Source: a virus | Taxonomy: Duplodnaviria > Caudoviricetes | Virus record (IMG/VR): IMGVR_UViG_2875535316_000001 | Coordinates: 30,697 to 94,696 of that record | DNA: 64,000 nt | Direction: 5' to 3' (one strand) | Shown: in pieces, positions 1-11,578 of the stretch | How the letters are laid out: every line of letters starts with the position of its first letter | Position numbering within the stretch: position 1 is the stretch's first letter | Made by a program: the position numbers and the translations under genes | The notes under the pieces: model-generated | Told to the model about the DNA's origin: nothing | The model's input: only the letters and a program-made list of their open reading frames with translations | Database searches by the model: none

Positions 1-55
1 CGAAGCCGTTGTAGTTGTTGCCGTTGAACGTAACGTTCAGGTTGTCTTTACGCAT
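1..55 (-). CDS. 5' end of a gene running off the window (MRKDNLNVTFNGNNYNGF...), probably a tail fibre assembly protein
   Basis: ATG at 55 with GAGG RBS at 61-64; follows tail fibre-associated gene. Confidence 0.4.
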   Translation of the reverse strand, partial: MRKDNLNVTFNGNNYNGF

Positions 56-77
56 GATGACCTCGGGTTCAGAAGGG

Positions 78-818
78 TTAGAGCTTGGTAATGTTGGTGA
101 GCAGGTGAGGGAGCGTGTTCGGATCCTTACCGGCTGTAACACCACTGATCAAATACCCTTCCAATGCAGCAGGAATGGTGCAGTTAACGGCGGTCAGCGA
201 AAGGCTAGGGAAGCCCGGACCAACGATCTTTCCGGTGAAGTTACCGCGCAAGGCGAAAGCAACGTTGTAGAGCTTGATCGGCATGAAACCTGGCATTTTG
301 GTGCCGCCGGCAAACATCATTGCGTAGTAAACATCTTGAGCCGCCGACAGCCCACCGGCTGTGTCCGGGAGCGAGATAGTCAGGTCACCGAAGTCGACCG
401 AGCTGGCCCGGTTGAACTGGAAGCTACCAAATTGCTTAGTACCTTTGGCGTTCAGAAACTCATTCAGAATGAGTTTTCGGGTGTTGCTCGACTCAGTCCC
501 GCCGCGAATCATAATTCGACGACTACCGACCGAAATGGGGGAAGCCAAGGTGTAGTCCTCAGCCAGGATGATGTCAGCCACCCCACCACTCGGTGTAGAT
601 GCAACAGCTCGTTCAATAGTCTTGAGGGGACTGTCGATCTTGCCCAACGCGTTGTCATCGCCGGTCAGCGTGTTGACGTAGAAGGTGCGCGAGATTTCCG
701 GCGCAGCCGCCACCGCTTCTGCAATTGCACTGGCGGCATTGGTTTTGAAGGTGGTGAGGTAGTCGAGCAGCGCCGTGGCCTTGCCAGTAAACGCTGCAAC
801 TTCAGTTTCGAGACTCAT
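78..818 (-). CDS. Tail fibre-associated protein
   Basis: 246 aa; FYVNxxxGDDxxxGxxxxPLKTIxRA motif typical of tailspike/fibre N-termini; downstream of tail fibre gene. Confidence 0.6.
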   Translation of the reverse strand: MSLETEVAAFTGKATALLDYLTTFKTNAASAIAEAVAAAPEISRTFYVNTLTGDDNALGKIDSPLKTIERAVASTPSGGVADIILAEDYTLASPISVGSRRIMIRGGTESSNTRKLILNEFLNAKGTKQFGSFQFNRASSVDFGDLTISLPDTAGGLSAAQDVYYAMMFAGGTKMPGFMPIKLYNVAFALRGNFTGKIVGPGFPSLSLTAVNCTIPAALEGYLISGVTAGKDPNTLPHLLTNITKL

Positions 819-824
819 AGGGTC

Positions 825-2159
825 TTATGCTCCGTGGATGTGTTTGGCTAACATGGTCTGCAGGGAAATAACTGCCGTTGCGTTGGCTACCGCGACGCTC
901 AAAATGCCTTCGCGGTCAGTGTCTTGCCGGGCTTCGGCTGACTTCATTCGCGCAATCAGATCTTCCTGCTTGACGCCGGACTGGGCCTGCATTGCGGCCT
1001 GCTGATCGAGCTGGTCCTGCTGCTGCGCATCGCGCAGCTGTCCCGCGAGCAGGGCCGTAGAATTGGTAATCACCGCGCCCAGCAAGCCCTCATGGTCGAC
1101 TTCCTGGCGCAGCTCAACAGCACCCAGGCGGTCCGAGATATCGCCTTGCTTCACGCCATGAATGCGCTGTGCTTCGGCCTGCTGGTCGACTTGGTCCTGC
1201 AAGAGCAATTCGCGCAGCTGCACGTCACACATCGCCGCGGCCAGCGCCACGCTGCTTTCGCGCCCGCCGTTCAGCGCCTGCACCAAGCGGCGCACGGAAA
1301 CCCAGCTGGTGCTGTTGGATTCGTCGGTACCGTTCACCTCGGCCTCAGTGGCCTCAGCGCTGGCAAAGCCGGCGCCAGCGGTCAGCTGGAACTTCGAGCC
1401 GTCGTGGTACACGTCATACACGCCACCGGCCTGAATGCTGCCCGCGGTGCACGGCACGCCGCCGGTCTTGAGCACTTCAACCGCACCAACCCCGTTGATG
1501 TTGATGGTCACGGCGCCGGTATTGGTCGATTTGGCTTTGAAGGTGAAACGGTTGCCCTTGATGTACTGGGTCAGCTCAACGACCGCCGGTAGCGTTACCG
1601 TGATGGCGTTGGCCGTGCCCCCGGTTTCGCCCCACAGGTGCCCCTGGTAGTCCGGGAACCGGGCACGCAGGATGTACTGAGGGTGGGCGTTGTACGCGCC
1701 TTCGTGCGCAGCCAGAGCGGCCAGCGCCACGCTTTCGTTCGGATCGACCTTGAAGCTGATGCTATTCGGCGGTACCGCGGCGAACTGCAGGTCGTTGAAC
1801 AGCACATACGCCACGCCATCGGTCTTGTAGGCCGCAACGGTGCCGTCGGCCTTCGACCAGATGAACACCAGCACGTCATCGGCCCACCAGGCAATCTCAC
1901 CAATGCCCACGTAACCAACGTCTTCACGCCAGGTACTGACCATGCGGATTTGGTTCGGCGTAGGACGGCTGGCGCCAGCCACGACAACTTTGCTGCCGAT
2001 CGGCTGTTTCAGCGCAACTTCGGAGCCCGTCGGGTTGTAATGGCCCAGGCCGAACGAAACATGCGTGATTTTGAGGGCGAGCCCGTTGTTATCCGCATTG
2101 AAAGCAGCTGCCTGACCACCCGTCGTCAGCTTGGGATTGATGATTACTGGATCTGCCAT
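825..2159 (-). CDS. Tail fibre protein (baseplate-attachment N-terminus, helical repeated C-terminus)
   Basis: N-term INPKLTTGGQAA..LKITHVSFG..Y.P; HxxxxxAHPQY motif; FKAKSTNTGAVTININGVGA fibre motif. Confidence 0.65.
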   Translation of the reverse strand: MADPVIINPKLTTGGQAAAFNADNNGLALKITHVSFGLGHYNPTGSEVALKQPIGSKVVVAGASRPTPNQIRMVSTWREDVGYVGIGEIAWWADDVLVFIWSKADGTVAAYKTDGVAYVLFNDLQFAAVPPNSISFKVDPNESVALAALAAHEGAYNAHPQYILRARFPDYQGHLWGETGGTANAITVTLPAVVELTQYIKGNRFTFKAKSTNTGAVTININGVGAVEVLKTGGVPCTAGSIQAGGVYDVYHDGSKFQLTAGAGFASAEATEAEVNGTDESNSTSWVSVRRLVQALNGGRESSVALAAAMCDVQLRELLLQDQVDQQAEAQRIHGVKQGDISDRLGAVELRQEVDHEGLLGAVITNSTALLAGQLRDAQQQDQLDQQAAMQAQSGVKQEDLIARMKSAEARQDTDREGILSVAVANATAVISLQTMLAKHIHGA

Positions 2160-2187
2160 AGGACCCCCTCGGCGCTATTTGGCAGAA

Positions 2188-2228
2188 ATTGTAAGAGGGG
2201 GTCAGAGGGTCAAATTAGGTGACTTTGC
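2188..2228 (-). promoter_or_regulatory. Putative late promoter GCAAA-N30-TACAAT
   Basis: Same motif and exact 30-nt spacing at six operon starts. Confidence 0.65.
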
Positions 2229-3019
2229 GCGTCTGAACCGGTGGCGTAGGTGAAGCCCGATCCCCCCGTTGCCGAGGCGACCCCCACTGCCGTTTCGGCC
2301 TCAACATTGGGCTGCGAGAACGTCGCGGAGCCCGATGTGCGCCATACGCCGACCGCCGTGCCATCGGCTAACGTGGCGACCCCCACAGTCACGGCCGCTT
2401 CAACGTTGGGCTGGCTGAATGTCGATGAACCGGAGGTGCGGCACACGGTGACGCCGCTATTGATCATCGCGATTCCGTAGCTGAACAGAATCCTTTGCGC
2501 CGCGCGCAGCTCCAGGACGAACTTGGCCGCCACCGCGGTGCGGGCTGCCCGCAGGATGCGCTCGGGTACCAGGTTCGTCTCAATATCCACCCGCAGCCGG
2601 CTGGTCAGGTAGTAATCATTGAAGTTGCCGCCCTTGGACTTGACCTCATATTCAGCCAGGCACTCTTCGGGGTAGATCGCGTTCTTGTGGCACCACAGCT
2701 GCGAGATGGTGAATACGGGCCCGAACAGCACATTCAGGTAGGTGGACAGGAACGCGGTACCGCGCTGGGGGTTGTTGTAGCGCCAGGCGTGGAACAGGTA
2801 GCGGATCTGCTCCACCGTGGTGGTGCGCAGAACGGCCAGGCCATCGGCCGAGATATAGCGCTCGATGTTGGCGATAGAGCCGATGTGGGGCATGCCATAC
2901 ATGGCCAGGTCGTTCACGCTGTCGCCCAGGCGATCCTTGAACAGCTTCATGAACAGGGCTTTGAATTCAGCCTCTACGTCATCGGCCGCGGCGCTGCGCT
3001 GCAGCGGGATCAGTTCCAT
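2210..3019 (-). CDS. Baseplate wedge protein (gpI-like)
   Basis: 269 aa; RGTxFLxxYL motif; lies between baseplate J and tail fibre genes. Confidence 0.55.
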   Translation of the reverse strand: MELIPLQRSAAADDVEAEFKALFMKLFKDRLGDSVNDLAMYGMPHIGSIANIERYISADGLAVLRTTTVEQIRYLFHAWRYNNPQRGTAFLSTYLNVLFGPVFTISQLWCHKNAIYPEECLAEYEVKSKGGNFNDYYLTSRLRVDIETNLVPERILRAARTAVAAKFVLELRAAQRILFSYGIAMINSGVTVCRTSGSSTFSQPNVEAAVTVGVATLADGTAVGVWRTSGSATFSQPNVEAETAVGVASATGGSGFTYATGSDAQSHLI

Positions 3020-3120
3020 TGCTCAGCCTCCACCGGCACGATGGTCAGGCTGGCGTCGGTCAGGTAACGGTGATGCTCGGGCAGCATGGTGGCGTGTTGG
3101 CTACTGATGGAGTTGATCAC
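3010..3120 (-). pseudogene. 3' remnant of baseplate J-like gene cut off by the transposon (VINSISSQHATMLPEHHRYLTDASLTIVPVEAEQWN*)
   Basis: Removing the transposon and one ATCAC restores an open frame ending at TGA 3010, overlapping the next gene's start. Confidence 0.8.
3116..3120. repeat. 5-bp target site duplication ATCAC (left)
   Basis: Identical ATCAC at 13241-13245. Confidence 0.95.
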
Positions 3121-3162
3121 GGGGTTTGGGGAGCAATGGAACAGAAAGTGCACTTAAGCCCT
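3121..3162 (+). repeat. Left terminal inverted repeat
   Basis: GGGGTTTGGGGAGCAATGGAACAGAAAGTGCACTTAAGCCCT; 41/42 match to reverse complement of 13199-13240. Confidence 0.95.
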
Positions 3163-4087
3163 ACCAGCGCCGTTCAGAGCCTTCTTCCCAGGCATCGGCT
3201 TCGATAAAGCAGTTGCGCATGTCGGCTTCCTGGCTGATCTCGGTCAGCAAGTCATGCACGGTCTTGTCCAGCTCATCGTCGCTCCGATACGGAATGGCCA
3301 GTTCGTAGTTGCCCGACTCCAGCCGTTTCATACTGTAGGGCTCCAAGCAGTAGCGCTCGATATTTTCCTTGGCCCGTTTCCGGCCGCGAACGAACTTGCT
3401 GTTGTTCACCACCGCCAGGCGCAGCGTGACGGTGGCCACCTGCTCGGCGGCGGGCTCTGCCGGCGACGCGACATTGCGTTGCTGACCTCGCGGCTGGGCG
3501 CTCTTCTGGTGTGCGCCGATCTCAACACCACGATGGCGCAGGTAGCTGTACAGCGTGCTCTTGGAGATGTGTAACTTCTCGCCGATGGCGCTGACGCTCA
3601 GGCGGCCCTCGCGGTACAGCGTCTCGGCCGCCATGGAGGTGGCCTCGGCCTTGGCTGGGAGGCCCTTGGGACGGCCACCGATCCGGCCCCGCGCCCGCGC
3701 GGCCGACAAACCCGCCTGAGTCCGCTCGCGGATCAGCTCGCGCTCGAACTCGGCCAGCGAGGCAAACAGGTTGAACACCAAGCGACCTTGGGCGTGGGTG
3801 GTGTCGATTGGGTCATTCAGGCTCTGCAAGCCGACCTTGCGCTCTGCCAGCTCGCCGACCAGCTCGACCAGGTGTTTGAGGGAGCGCCCGAGGCGATCCA
3901 GCTTCCAGATCACCACGGTGTCGCCCGCTCGAACATGGGCTAGCAACTTGTCCAACTCCGGCCGGGCGCTTTTCGCGCCGCTGGCGATGTCTTGATAGAT
4001 GCGTTCGCACCCGGCCTGTTTCAGGGCATCGACCTGGAGGTCGGCGTTCTGATCCCGAGTGCTCACCCGCGCATAACCGATCTTCAT
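3161..4087 (-). CDS. tnpR: Serine resolvase with C-terminal extension
   Basis: MKIGYARVSTRDQ...KLDRLGRS catalytic motifs, HTH, extra C-terminal domain. Confidence 0.93.
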   Translation of the reverse strand: MKIGYARVSTRDQNADLQVDALKQAGCERIYQDIASGAKSARPELDKLLAHVRAGDTVVIWKLDRLGRSLKHLVELVGELAERKVGLQSLNDPIDTTHAQGRLVFNLFASLAEFERELIRERTQAGLSAARARGRIGGRPKGLPAKAEATSMAAETLYREGRLSVSAIGEKLHISKSTLYSYLRHRGVEIGAHQKSAQPRGQQRNVASPAEPAAEQVATVTLRLAVVNNSKFVRGRKRAKENIERYCLEPYSMKRLESGNYELAIPYRSDDELDKTVHDLLTEISQEADMRNCFIEADAWEEGSERRW

Positions 4088-4090
4088 CAA

Positions 4091-4288
4091 AAGTACCGTT
4101 TACTCGACTACGTTAGTAATAGTTGAACTTTGATTAAGCGTACCAGTTATTTGAACCGTAGCGCAGGTAGGTTAACCAGCCGATTCCTGTCCACTTAAAG
4201 TTCGGCAAAACGAAGGTTTTTTTGAACCATTGCATAGCCCTTTGTGATTGGCGTATAAACACACAAACACCTACTAGCGGGGAACGCC
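4091..4288. promoter_or_regulatory. Putative res site and divergent promoters
   Basis: AT-richer intergenic region between tnpR and the TA-tnpA operon, the usual res position. Confidence 0.6.
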
Positions 4289-4528
4289 ATGAATACGATT
4301 CGCTGGAATGTCGCCGTCTCGGCCGACACCGACCAGTCGCTTCGGATGTTTCTGGCCAGCCAGGGCGGTGGCCGGAAAGGCGACCTGTCGCGCTTCATTG
4401 AAGAGGCGGTGCGGGCCCACATCCTGGAACTGACGGCCGAACAGGCCAAGGCCGCTAATGCCCATCTGAGCGAGGCAGAGCTGACCGAAGCGGTTGACGA
4501 AGCGCTCGACTGGGCACGTAAGCGCTGA
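4289..4528 (+). CDS. Ribbon-helix-helix antitoxin
   Basis: 79 aa, RWNVAVS...DLSRFIEEAV; TGATG coupling to PIN toxin. Confidence 0.8.
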   Translation: MNTIRWNVAVSADTDQSLRMFLASQGGGRKGDLSRFIEEAVRAHILELTAEQAKAANAHLSEAELTEAVDEALDWARKR

Positions 4529-4938
4529 TGCGGGTCGTGTTGGATACCAACATCCTGTTCAGCGCACTGATCTCGCCGCATGGCGCGCCCGATGCGATCT
4601 ACCGTGCCTGGCGGGCGGCGCGTTTCGAGGTAGTGACCTCGCGGATGCAGCTCGATGAAATCCGCCGAGCCAGCCGCTACCCCAAGCTCCAGGCCATCCT
4701 TCAGCCCGCCAAAGTGGGAGCCATGATCAATAACCTGCAACGGGCTGTGGTACTGGAGCGTCTGACCATCGAGGTCGAAGCCGATGATCCGGATGACTCG
4801 TTTCTGCTGGCCATGGCCCTGGCAGGCGATGCGGACTACCTGGTGACCGGTGATCGCCGCGCCGGCCTGCTGCAACGCGGGCACATCGAACGCACGCGGA
4901 TTGTCACGCCCGCCGTGTTCTGCGCCGAGGTGCTGTGA
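4528..4938 (+). CDS. PIN-domain toxin
   Basis: MRVVLDTNIL...DPDD...ADYLVTGD PIN motifs. Confidence 0.9.
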   Translation: MRVVLDTNILFSALISPHGAPDAIYRAWRAARFEVVTSRMQLDEIRRASRYPKLQAILQPAKVGAMINNLQRAVVLERLTIEVEADDPDDSFLLAMALAGDADYLVTGDRRAGLLQRGHIERTRIVTPAVFCAEVL

Positions 4939-4941
4939 TCG

Positions 4942-7938
4942 ATGCCGGTCGGTTTTCTGACCCAGGAGCAACGCGACGGTTTTGGCCGCTATGTCGATGC
5001 CCCCAGTCGTGAGGAGCTGGAACGCTACTTCCACCTGAGCGACGACGACCACAAAATCCTCCTACCGCTGCGCGGCGAGCACAACCGCCTTGGCTACGCC
5101 ACCCAACTGACCAGCATCCGCTACCTGGGCACTTTTCCCGACGACTTTTCAGCCGTCCCCCAAGAGGTGCTGCAAGCGCTCAGTCGCCAGTTAGGCATTA
5201 CCGATCCAACTTGTATCCTGGCCTATGCCGAAACCCGCCAACGTCAACGTCATGCCGCCGAGATTCAGGAGCGTTACGGCTATCGGGTGTTTGCTGATTC
5301 CAGCGTCGGCTTTCGACTTGCCCGCTGGCTGTATGCGCTCTGTTGGACAGGGACAGATCGTCCTGGCGAGTTGTTCAATCGGGCGACGACCTGGTTGCTG
5401 ACGCACAAGGTTTTACTGCCCGGCGTCACCGTTCTGGAACGGTTCATCGCCCAACTGCGCAGCCGGGTCGAAGAACGCCTCTGGCTAACCCTTGGCCGCA
5501 GTGTGAGCGAGGCGCAACGGCAGCAGCTACAGGACTTGCTGCTGGTCGCCGAAGGCAACCGCAGTTCCCGGCTGGATCAACTGCGCTCCGGCCCGGTGAT
5601 GGTCAGTGGCCCCGCACTGATTCGGGCGCTGCGCCGGCTTGATGACGTGCGCGGCATCGGCATCGCCTTGCCAGCGGCGGCGCACATCCCGCCCAGCCGT
5701 ATCGCGGCCCTGGCTCGCTTCGCCAACACCGCCAAGGTCACGGCGATCAACCGGCTGCCGGCGTCGCGGCGGATGGCGACACTGGTGGCGTTCGCCCTGT
5801 GCCTGGAGGCCACCGCGCACGACGACGCCCTGGAGGTCCTGGAAGCGCTGTTACGCGACCTGTTCAGCAACGCGGAGAAGGCCGACAAGAAAGCCCGCAT
5901 GCGCAGCCTGAAAGACCTGGATCGCTCGGCGGCGACGCTCGCCGCCGCGTGCAAGGTCGTGCTGGACAGCTCAATCAGCGATGACAACGTGCGCGCCCGG
6001 CTGTTCAACGACCTGCCGAGGGCCTCGCTGGAGAAAGCCCTGGAAGATGTCAATGCGCTGATCCGCCCGGTTGACGATGTGTATTTTCTCGCCCTGGAGG
6101 CGCGCTACCGCAGTGTGCGCCGTTTCCTGCCCGACCTGCTCAAGCACATCCGCTTCGGCTTCAGCCCGGCCGGCAAAGGCGTGGTCGCCGGCCTGGATTG
6201 GTTGCAGCTGAACCTGCCCCGCCGGAAACCGGAGGATGACGCGCCGCAGGAGATCGTGGCCAAGGCTTGGCAGAAGCACATTACCCGCGAGGATGGCTCC
6301 CTCGACATGGGCGCCTATGTGTTCTGCACGCTCGATGCGCTGCGCACGGCCCTGCGCCGGCGCGACGTGTTCGTCTCGCCCAGTTGGCGCTATGCCGACC
6401 CGCGTCTCGGCCTGCTCGACGGTGCCGAATGGCTGGCGGCGCGGCCGATCATCTGCCGCTCGCTGGGCCTGACCATTGACGCCGGCACCACCTTGGATGC
6501 GCTGAGCGCCGAGTTGGATGCGACCTGGCAGGCGGTCGCGGCCCGCCTACCCGACAACCCCGCGATCCAGCTGAGCGAGAACGCCGAGGGCAAGACCGAG
6601 CTCTCGCTCGGCACACTGGACAAGCTGGAGGAGCCGAACTCGCTGCTGCAACTGCGAGCAGCCGTGGCTGATCTGATGCCGCGTGTCGATCTGCCGGAAA
6701 TCCTCTTGGAAATCGCCGCTCGCACCGGCTTCGCCGAGGCCTTCACCCATGTGTCCGAGCGCAATGCGCGGGCCGACAACCTGGTCACCAGCCTCTGCGC
6801 GGTGCTGCTGGGTGGGGCCTGCAACACCGGCCTGGAGCCGCTGATCCGCACCGACAATCAGGCGCTACGCCGCGACCGGCTGTCCTGGGTCAGCCAGAAC
6901 TATATCCGTGACGACACGCTGTCAGTGGCAAACGCCATTCTGGTGGGGGCGCAGAGCCAACTGGAGCTGGCCCAGGTCTGGGGCGGCGGCGAGGTCGCCT
7001 CCGCCGATGGCATGCGCTTCGTGGTACCGGTGCGCACCGTGCATGCTGGCCCCAACCCGAAGTATTTCGGCACCGGCCGGGGCGTCACCTGGTACAACTT
7101 GATTTCCGATCAGTTCTCCGGCCTCAACGCCATCACCGTGCCCGGCACCCTGCGCGACAGCCTGGTGCTGCTGGCCGTGGTGCTGGAACAGCAGACCGAG
7201 TTGCAGCCGACGCAGATCATGACCGACACCGGGGCCTACAGCGATGTGGTGTTTGGGCTGTTCCGCCTGCTCGGCTACCACTTCAGCCCGCGCCTGGCCG
7301 ACGTCGGCGGTACCCGTTTCTGGCGCACGCGCCCGGAGGCGGATTACGGCAAACTCAACGGCCTGGCCCGGCAGTCGGTCAAGCTCGATCTGATCGCCGA
7401 GCACTGGGACGACCTGCTACGCCTGGCCGGCTCGCTCAAGCTCGGCCGAGTGCCGGCCACCGGCATCATGCGCACCCTGCAAACAGGGGATCGTCCCACC
7501 CGCCTGGCCCAGGCGCTGGCTGAGTTCGGTCGCATCGAGAAGACCTTGCACACCCTGACCTACATCGACGACGAGTCCAAGCGCCGCGCCACCCTGACCC
7601 AGCTGAACCGGGGCGAAGGCCGCCACAGCCTGGCCCGCGCCGTGTTCCACGGCAAACGCGGCGAGCTGCGCCAGCGCTACCGCGAAGGCCAGGAGGACCA
7701 GCTCGGCGCCCTCGGCCTGGTGGTGAACATCATCGTGCTGTGGAACACCCTCTACATGACGGCGGCCGTAGAACGGCTCAGGCAGCACGGCTACCCGGTG
7801 CTGGAGGAGGATGTCGCGCGGCTCTCGCCACTGATCCACGAGCACATCAACATGCTGGGCCGTTACTCCTTCGCGGTGCCGGAAGAGGTTACCCGCGGCG
7901 AACTGCGGCCGCTGCGCAATCCGGACGACGACCAGTAG
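4942..7938 (+). CDS. tnpA: Tn3-family transposase
   Basis: 998 aa; ASADGMRF, IMTDTGAYS, LNRGEGRHSLAR motifs. Confidence 0.97.
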   Translation: MPVGFLTQEQRDGFGRYVDAPSREELERYFHLSDDDHKILLPLRGEHNRLGYATQLTSIRYLGTFPDDFSAVPQEVLQALSRQLGITDPTCILAYAETRQRQRHAAEIQERYGYRVFADSSVGFRLARWLYALCWTGTDRPGELFNRATTWLLTHKVLLPGVTVLERFIAQLRSRVEERLWLTLGRSVSEAQRQQLQDLLLVAEGNRSSRLDQLRSGPVMVSGPALIRALRRLDDVRGIGIALPAAAHIPPSRIAALARFANTAKVTAINRLPASRRMATLVAFALCLEATAHDDALEVLEALLRDLFSNAEKADKKARMRSLKDLDRSAATLAAACKVVLDSSISDDNVRARLFNDLPRASLEKALEDVNALIRPVDDVYFLALEARYRSVRRFLPDLLKHIRFGFSPAGKGVVAGLDWLQLNLPRRKPEDDAPQEIVAKAWQKHITREDGSLDMGAYVFCTLDALRTALRRRDVFVSPSWRYADPRLGLLDGAEWLAARPIICRSLGLTIDAGTTLDALSAELDATWQAVAARLPDNPAIQLSENAEGKTELSLGTLDKLEEPNSLLQLRAAVADLMPRVDLPEILLEIAARTGFAEAFTHVSERNARADNLVTSLCAVLLGGACNTGLEPLIRTDNQALRRDRLSWVSQNYIRDDTLSVANAILVGAQSQLELAQVWGGGEVASADGMRFVVPVRTVHAGPNPKYFGTGRGVTWYNLISDQFSGLNAITVPGTLRDSLVLLAVVLEQQTELQPTQIMTDTGAYSDVVFGLFRLLGYHFSPRLADVGGTRFWRTRPEADYGKLNGLARQSVKLDLIAEHWDDLLRLAGSLKLGRVPATGIMRTLQTGDRPTRLAQALAEFGRIEKTLHTLTYIDDESKRRATLTQLNRGEGRHSLARAVFHGKRGELRQRYREGQEDQLGALGLVVNIIVLWNTLYMTAAVERLRQHGYPVLEEDVARLSPLIHEHINMLGRYSFAVPEEVTRGELRPLRNPDDDQ

Positions 7939-8075
7939 GTGTAACGGCCTGGGTTCGAAATCGGCCGGGCACCGCACTCGATGCCACTTCCAGCTCAGAC
8001 GGATTGCGACTGACGGAGTCCTCGGGCTCACGCTTTCTGCGACCAGCAAGAGCCACTTTTCCGGTGCAGCGCGAA

Positions 8076-8288
8076 TTAGCCGTCCTGACGGGTACTGACC
8101 TTTTGTGTGCAGGGGTGATCAGGCTCGGATGCCGCCCTCTTATCTGCTCGCGACATGAAACGCTGATAGCACTCCAGGCCACAGAAGTGCACGACATACT
8201 CGGAACCTTCCGGCGTCAGTGCGGCGTCAAGGGGAATGTCCTTGCAGCATTCGCAGCAGCTGATGGTGGAGGTGTTGTTTGTGTTCAT
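8076..8288 (-). CDS. DUF3330-like Cys-rich protein downstream of merE
   Basis: [29 protein letters not shown]. Confidence 0.75.
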   Translation of the reverse strand: MNTNNTSTISCCECCKDIPLDAALTPEGSEYVVHFCGLECYQRFMSRADKRAASEPDHPCTQKVSTRQDG

Positions 8289-8411
8289 GATGGGGGTTCC
8301 TCCATCGTCCAAGAAAACCTAGCAACGCTTTCCCCCCGTGACTGAGCGCCGATCGACCTGCAGCCTCCCTGCCCAACTCGGCAGTGGTGGTCGCGCCGTG
8401 CTCCGAGCGGG

Positions 8412-8648
8412 TCACGGTCGCTTCCGAAAGGCCTGCAATGCCGCTCGCAGGAAGAGGATGAAGAAAACCGCCAGCACGAGCGTCGCGAGGCTCCACTGCT
8501 CGCTGACGAACGCGCCGGCCGCTGTCCCCGAAAGCAGCAATGCCAGCACCGGCAGATGGCAAGGGCAGGTGAGCGCGGCGAGCACGCCCCAGGTGTAAGC
8601 ACGCCAGCGGAAGACCTTGCTTGACTCAACGTGATCGGCGTTACGCAT
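8412..8648 (-). CDS. merE: Mercury transporter MerE
   Basis: LTCPCHLP motif, 78 aa, two TM segments. Confidence 0.93.
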   Translation of the reverse strand: MRNADHVESSKVFRWRAYTWGVLAALTCPCHLPVLALLLSGTAAGAFVSEQWSLATLVLAVFFILFLRAALQAFRKRP

Positions 8649-9003
8649 AGGCAGAACCTTCGCCGGCGCAATGAGTCAGCCCGGCCAGCTGGGTTGCCAC
8701 TGCGGCTAAGGCCGCCTGCCGTGCCGTGACTAGCCGGAGCAGGCACTCGACGCAGCCGATCAAGTCGGCGCCATCGTCCGCATCGAGCGCCCGGCAGAGC
8801 CGTGCCAATTCGTCGAGCCCGATACCAGACTCGAAGGCGGCGCGCACGAAGCGCAGACGCGCCAGGGACCGCTCATCGAAAATGCCGTAACCGCTCTCCG
8901 TGCGCCGCGCGGGGTGCAGCAAGCCACGCAGCACATAGTCGCGCACCACATGCACGCTGACGCCCGCGTCCTCGGCCAGTCTGGATATGGTGTAGGCATT
9001 CAT
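8641..9003 (-). CDS. merD: Mer co-regulator MerD
   Basis: [23 protein letters not shown]. Confidence 0.93.
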   Translation of the reverse strand: MNAYTISRLAEDAGVSVHVVRDYVLRGLLHPARRTESGYGIFDERSLARLRFVRAAFESGIGLDELARLCRALDADDGADLIGCVECLLRLVTARQAALAAVATQLAGLTHCAGEGSAYA

Positions 9004-9419
9004 CACCGACACTCCCGGTCTTCCCCGCAAACTAGGGCGCTCAGATATTTCCTTCCGGCTAGGCGTTCAGGTAGCCAGATGAGCAATGGCGTAACCCCTA
9101 GTGCCAGGAGCAACCACAGCCGGGAGTGATACTCGCCGTTTGGGGCAAACCCATAAGCCAGCAGCGCACCCAGCGCGAGCATCAGGAAATACGGCCCGGT
9201 GATGTAGCAGTGAAGGCGGCGACAGCGCGCGGCGTTGACCAGGCAGGCGCCGCCCATCACGAGTAGCGCGGCGCTCGCTGCCAGGAACAACGCAGGGCGT
9301 CGATCCGCCAGAACAAGCGCTATGGTCGCCACGACGGCAGGCAGCCCCCATAAGCTGATTACCTGCCAGGTCTTGCGCAGGCTGTCGCGACTGCCGAGAT
9401 CGCTTGCCGTGTCGTTCAT
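9003..9419 (-). CDS. Membrane protein between merA and merD
   Basis: 138 aa, about 4 hydrophobic segments, CxxNAxxCxxxHC motif; coupled to merD. Confidence 0.7.
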   Translation of the reverse strand: MNDTASDLGSRDSLRKTWQVISLWGLPAVVATIALVLADRRPALFLAASAALLVMGGACLVNAARCRRLHCYITGPYFLMLALGALLAYGFAPNGEYHSRLWLLLALGVTPLLIWLPERLAGRKYLSALVCGEDRECR

Positions 9420-9439
9420 GCTTCAACCTCGCGCGCTCA

Positions 9440-11134
<1,695 letters not shown>

Positions 11135-11566
11135 TCATTTTGGCGGAGTCGGACAGGACGTCGGGGAGCAACGGCGGTGGGCGGGCGACACGAGATCCCA
11201 GATGGACACCCCAAACATGAGGGCCAGGCCGATATAGAGCAGCCAGCCGCTCCGCCAGCCGTGAGCCAGCATCAAATACACCGCTATCAGCACCAGGGCC
11301 GGGCCGATCAGGCCAGGCGCAGCGCGTCGCCACTGCCGGTGACTGAACCCGCCGAGGGCATTGACGAGCAGGGCCAGCCCGGCAAATAACGGCAGCAGCG
11401 TGGTGATGAACAGGCCTTCCCACTGGCTCAGAAAGCCCAGACCGATCGCGGCCCCCAGACCGGCAAGGGCGGGGAAACACGAGGCACAGCCTATGGCAGA
11501 AATCAGCACGCCAACGGACCCGGCTTTGTCACCGATCCGCGTGAACAAATTGAAAGGGTTTGCCAT
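11135..11566 (-). CDS. merC: Mercury transporter MerC
   Basis: GCASCFPALAGLGAAIGLGFL. Confidence 0.92.
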   Translation of the reverse strand: MANPFNLFTRIGDKAGSVGVLISAIGCASCFPALAGLGAAIGLGFLSQWEGLFITTLLPLFAGLALLVNALGGFSHRQWRRAAPGLIGPALVLIAVYLMLAHGWRSGWLLYIGLALMFGVSIWDLVSPAHRRCSPTSCPTPPK

Positions 11567-11578
11567 CGGAATGCCCGC

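Noticed and set aside
4289-4938. Toxin-antitoxin pair inside the transposon as a novelty
   Set aside because: TA pairs next to res sites are already described in Tn3-family elements
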